From: Amoebidium appalachense
Lineage: Eukaryota > Protista > Ichthyosporea
Length of the DNA stretch: 64,000 bases
Direction: 5' to 3'
Assembly (NCBI GenBank): GCA_963693365.1
Contig: CAVNZM010000002.1
Coordinates: 7,780,454 to 7,844,453 of the forward strand
The position numbers and the translations under genes were made by a program. Within the stretch, counting starts at the first letter, position 1. The number at the start of each line of letters is the position of its first letter. Shown here piece after piece: positions 62,731 to 64,000 of this stretch. The notes beneath the pieces were generated by a model, which was given only the letters and a program-made list of their open reading frames with translations, was not told where the DNA came from and ran no database searches.

Positions 62731-64000
62731 CTTTCTAAAGCTTCTGTGAGTAACTTTTGTTTGCATCCGAACTCCGAACTTCTGAAGGAGAGGGAAAGCC
62801 GACGCCCCTCTCGCCAGCTAACTGACCTGCTTTGAACAGTGTCCATCCCCCATCCCCTACCCCAGCTGTTTCTTGATGCTTTCATTTCTCTTTGCTGCTA
62901 TGTTTTCAACCCTCTGCCTCAGTGCTTTCTGGTGTCATCTCTGGAATGTTTATCATCACATTCCAGCTTCCAGGGTGACCCTGCCGCCGCGTGGCACTGG
63001 CCGACAAATCTCCCTCTCAGAGTATTCTATCCCCCCCCCAAAAAAAATCTATTTTGATTTACCTTATATAGTCGTACTGTAGTACCGTCTGTGCAAGCAA
63101 AAAACATAAGAAAAGGTGATATTAGTTAGCTGCAAGCCAACAACTCTCACCCTAGAGTTGTTTATCTCCTAAGGAATGTAAACAAAATACCAATGCTGCT
63201 TGTGGAATGCCGCTGGCAGAGGCTGGGCCATGTGCCTGCGGATTTGTTTTTGGGGAGTCTTTGGTTCGCTCTTTGTTCCTAATTGCGGTAGTGAATAAAA
63301 ACTATATTATGAGCCCATATACATTATGTGGAATGCCGCTGGCAGAGGCTGGGCCATGTGCCTGCGGATTTGTTTTTGGGGAGTCTTTGGTTCGCTCTTT
63401 GTTCCTAATTGTGGTAGTGAATAAAAACTATATTATGAGCCCATATACATCAGATTCGAAGCCAACACTCTAGCAGATAAATCCAAGCCATCACAAGCGG
63501 GCATACGCTTACGGAAAGGTAGCCCTACGTATACGTGGGCTCGATCAATATTGCTATTATAGCCTATGGCTGGCAGCCAACAGAATTCACCTTTGCTCAC
63601 GCCTTTTTCTTTCATTGACGTTTATTTGAGCAACAAAAGGAAATTAAAAAAAGGAATTTTTGATAGAATTGTATAGAATTCATGGGAACGTGAAATTTCT
63701 CATGTGTTCATGGGGAGATTTACATGATTATAACAGTTTGATAACCCTGGAAATGGAATGTTATGATGAACATTCCAGAGATGACAGAAAACACTGTGGT
63801 GACAATGCCGTTGACAACTTTGAGAAAGAGGTCCGTGAAAACAAGGGGAGCAGGAAATATAGCAGAAATAAGCAGAAAAAGGTGTTGGAGAGAGGATGGG
63901 GGATGGACACCGTCCGAGGCAGGCCAGCTAATAAGCTGACAAGAGGAGCGGCCTGAATTGGAATACGGCCCGTGTGTGAGGCAAACATAAGCTTTAGGAA
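62731..64000. repeat. Diverged inverted duplication: 62731-62975 versus 63745-64000
   Basis: GTGTCCATCCCCCATCC, TGTCATCTCTGGAATGTT.ATCAT.ACATTCCA and CTAAAGCTT occur collinearly on opposite strands. Confidence 0.75.
63201..63450 (+). repeat. 126-bp tandem duplication
   Basis: TGTGGAATGCCGCTGGCAGAGG...GAGCCCATATACAT at 63201-63324 and 63327-63450, with one substitution seen. Confidence 0.9.

Overview
Intron-rich eukaryotic DNA packed with C/G homopolymers and (CA)/(GT)/(GA) microsatellites, so almost all ORFs in the six-frame track are low-complexity noise. I assembled genes by hand from GT-AG exons. The window holds: (1) a 10-exon ornithine carbamoyltransferase (+, 825-7747, 5' end unresolved); (2) a CBM9/DOMON-like gene with frameshifts (+, ~8706-10193); (3) a ~44-kb, ~52-exon gene (+, 12373-56502) for a roughly 3,300-aa secreted or surface protein: signal peptide, 2 PAN, PA14-like, Calx-like, vWD/C8-like, 5 EGF, 2 PAN, 8 EGF, LCCL, 21 EGF, Thr-rich mucin stalk, EGF/Cys-rich, RRR-containing domain, hydrophobic segment, Gly-rich tail; (4) inside one of its introns, a near-intact Ngaro-type tyrosine-recombinase retrotransposon (17321-21402) with no visible gag; (5) Tc1/mariner-, piggyBac- and CCC-ended non-autonomous elements and a SINE-like repeat ending in C(n)A(n); (6) a 4-exon rolling-stone/FAR-17a/AIG1-like membrane protein gene (-, 60517-62540) whose upstream region is mirrored at the window end. 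Animal-like ECM domains with CTAAC-type branch points suggest a unicellular opisthokont or holozoan (inference only). Some homopolymer lengths and frameshifts may be assembly errors.
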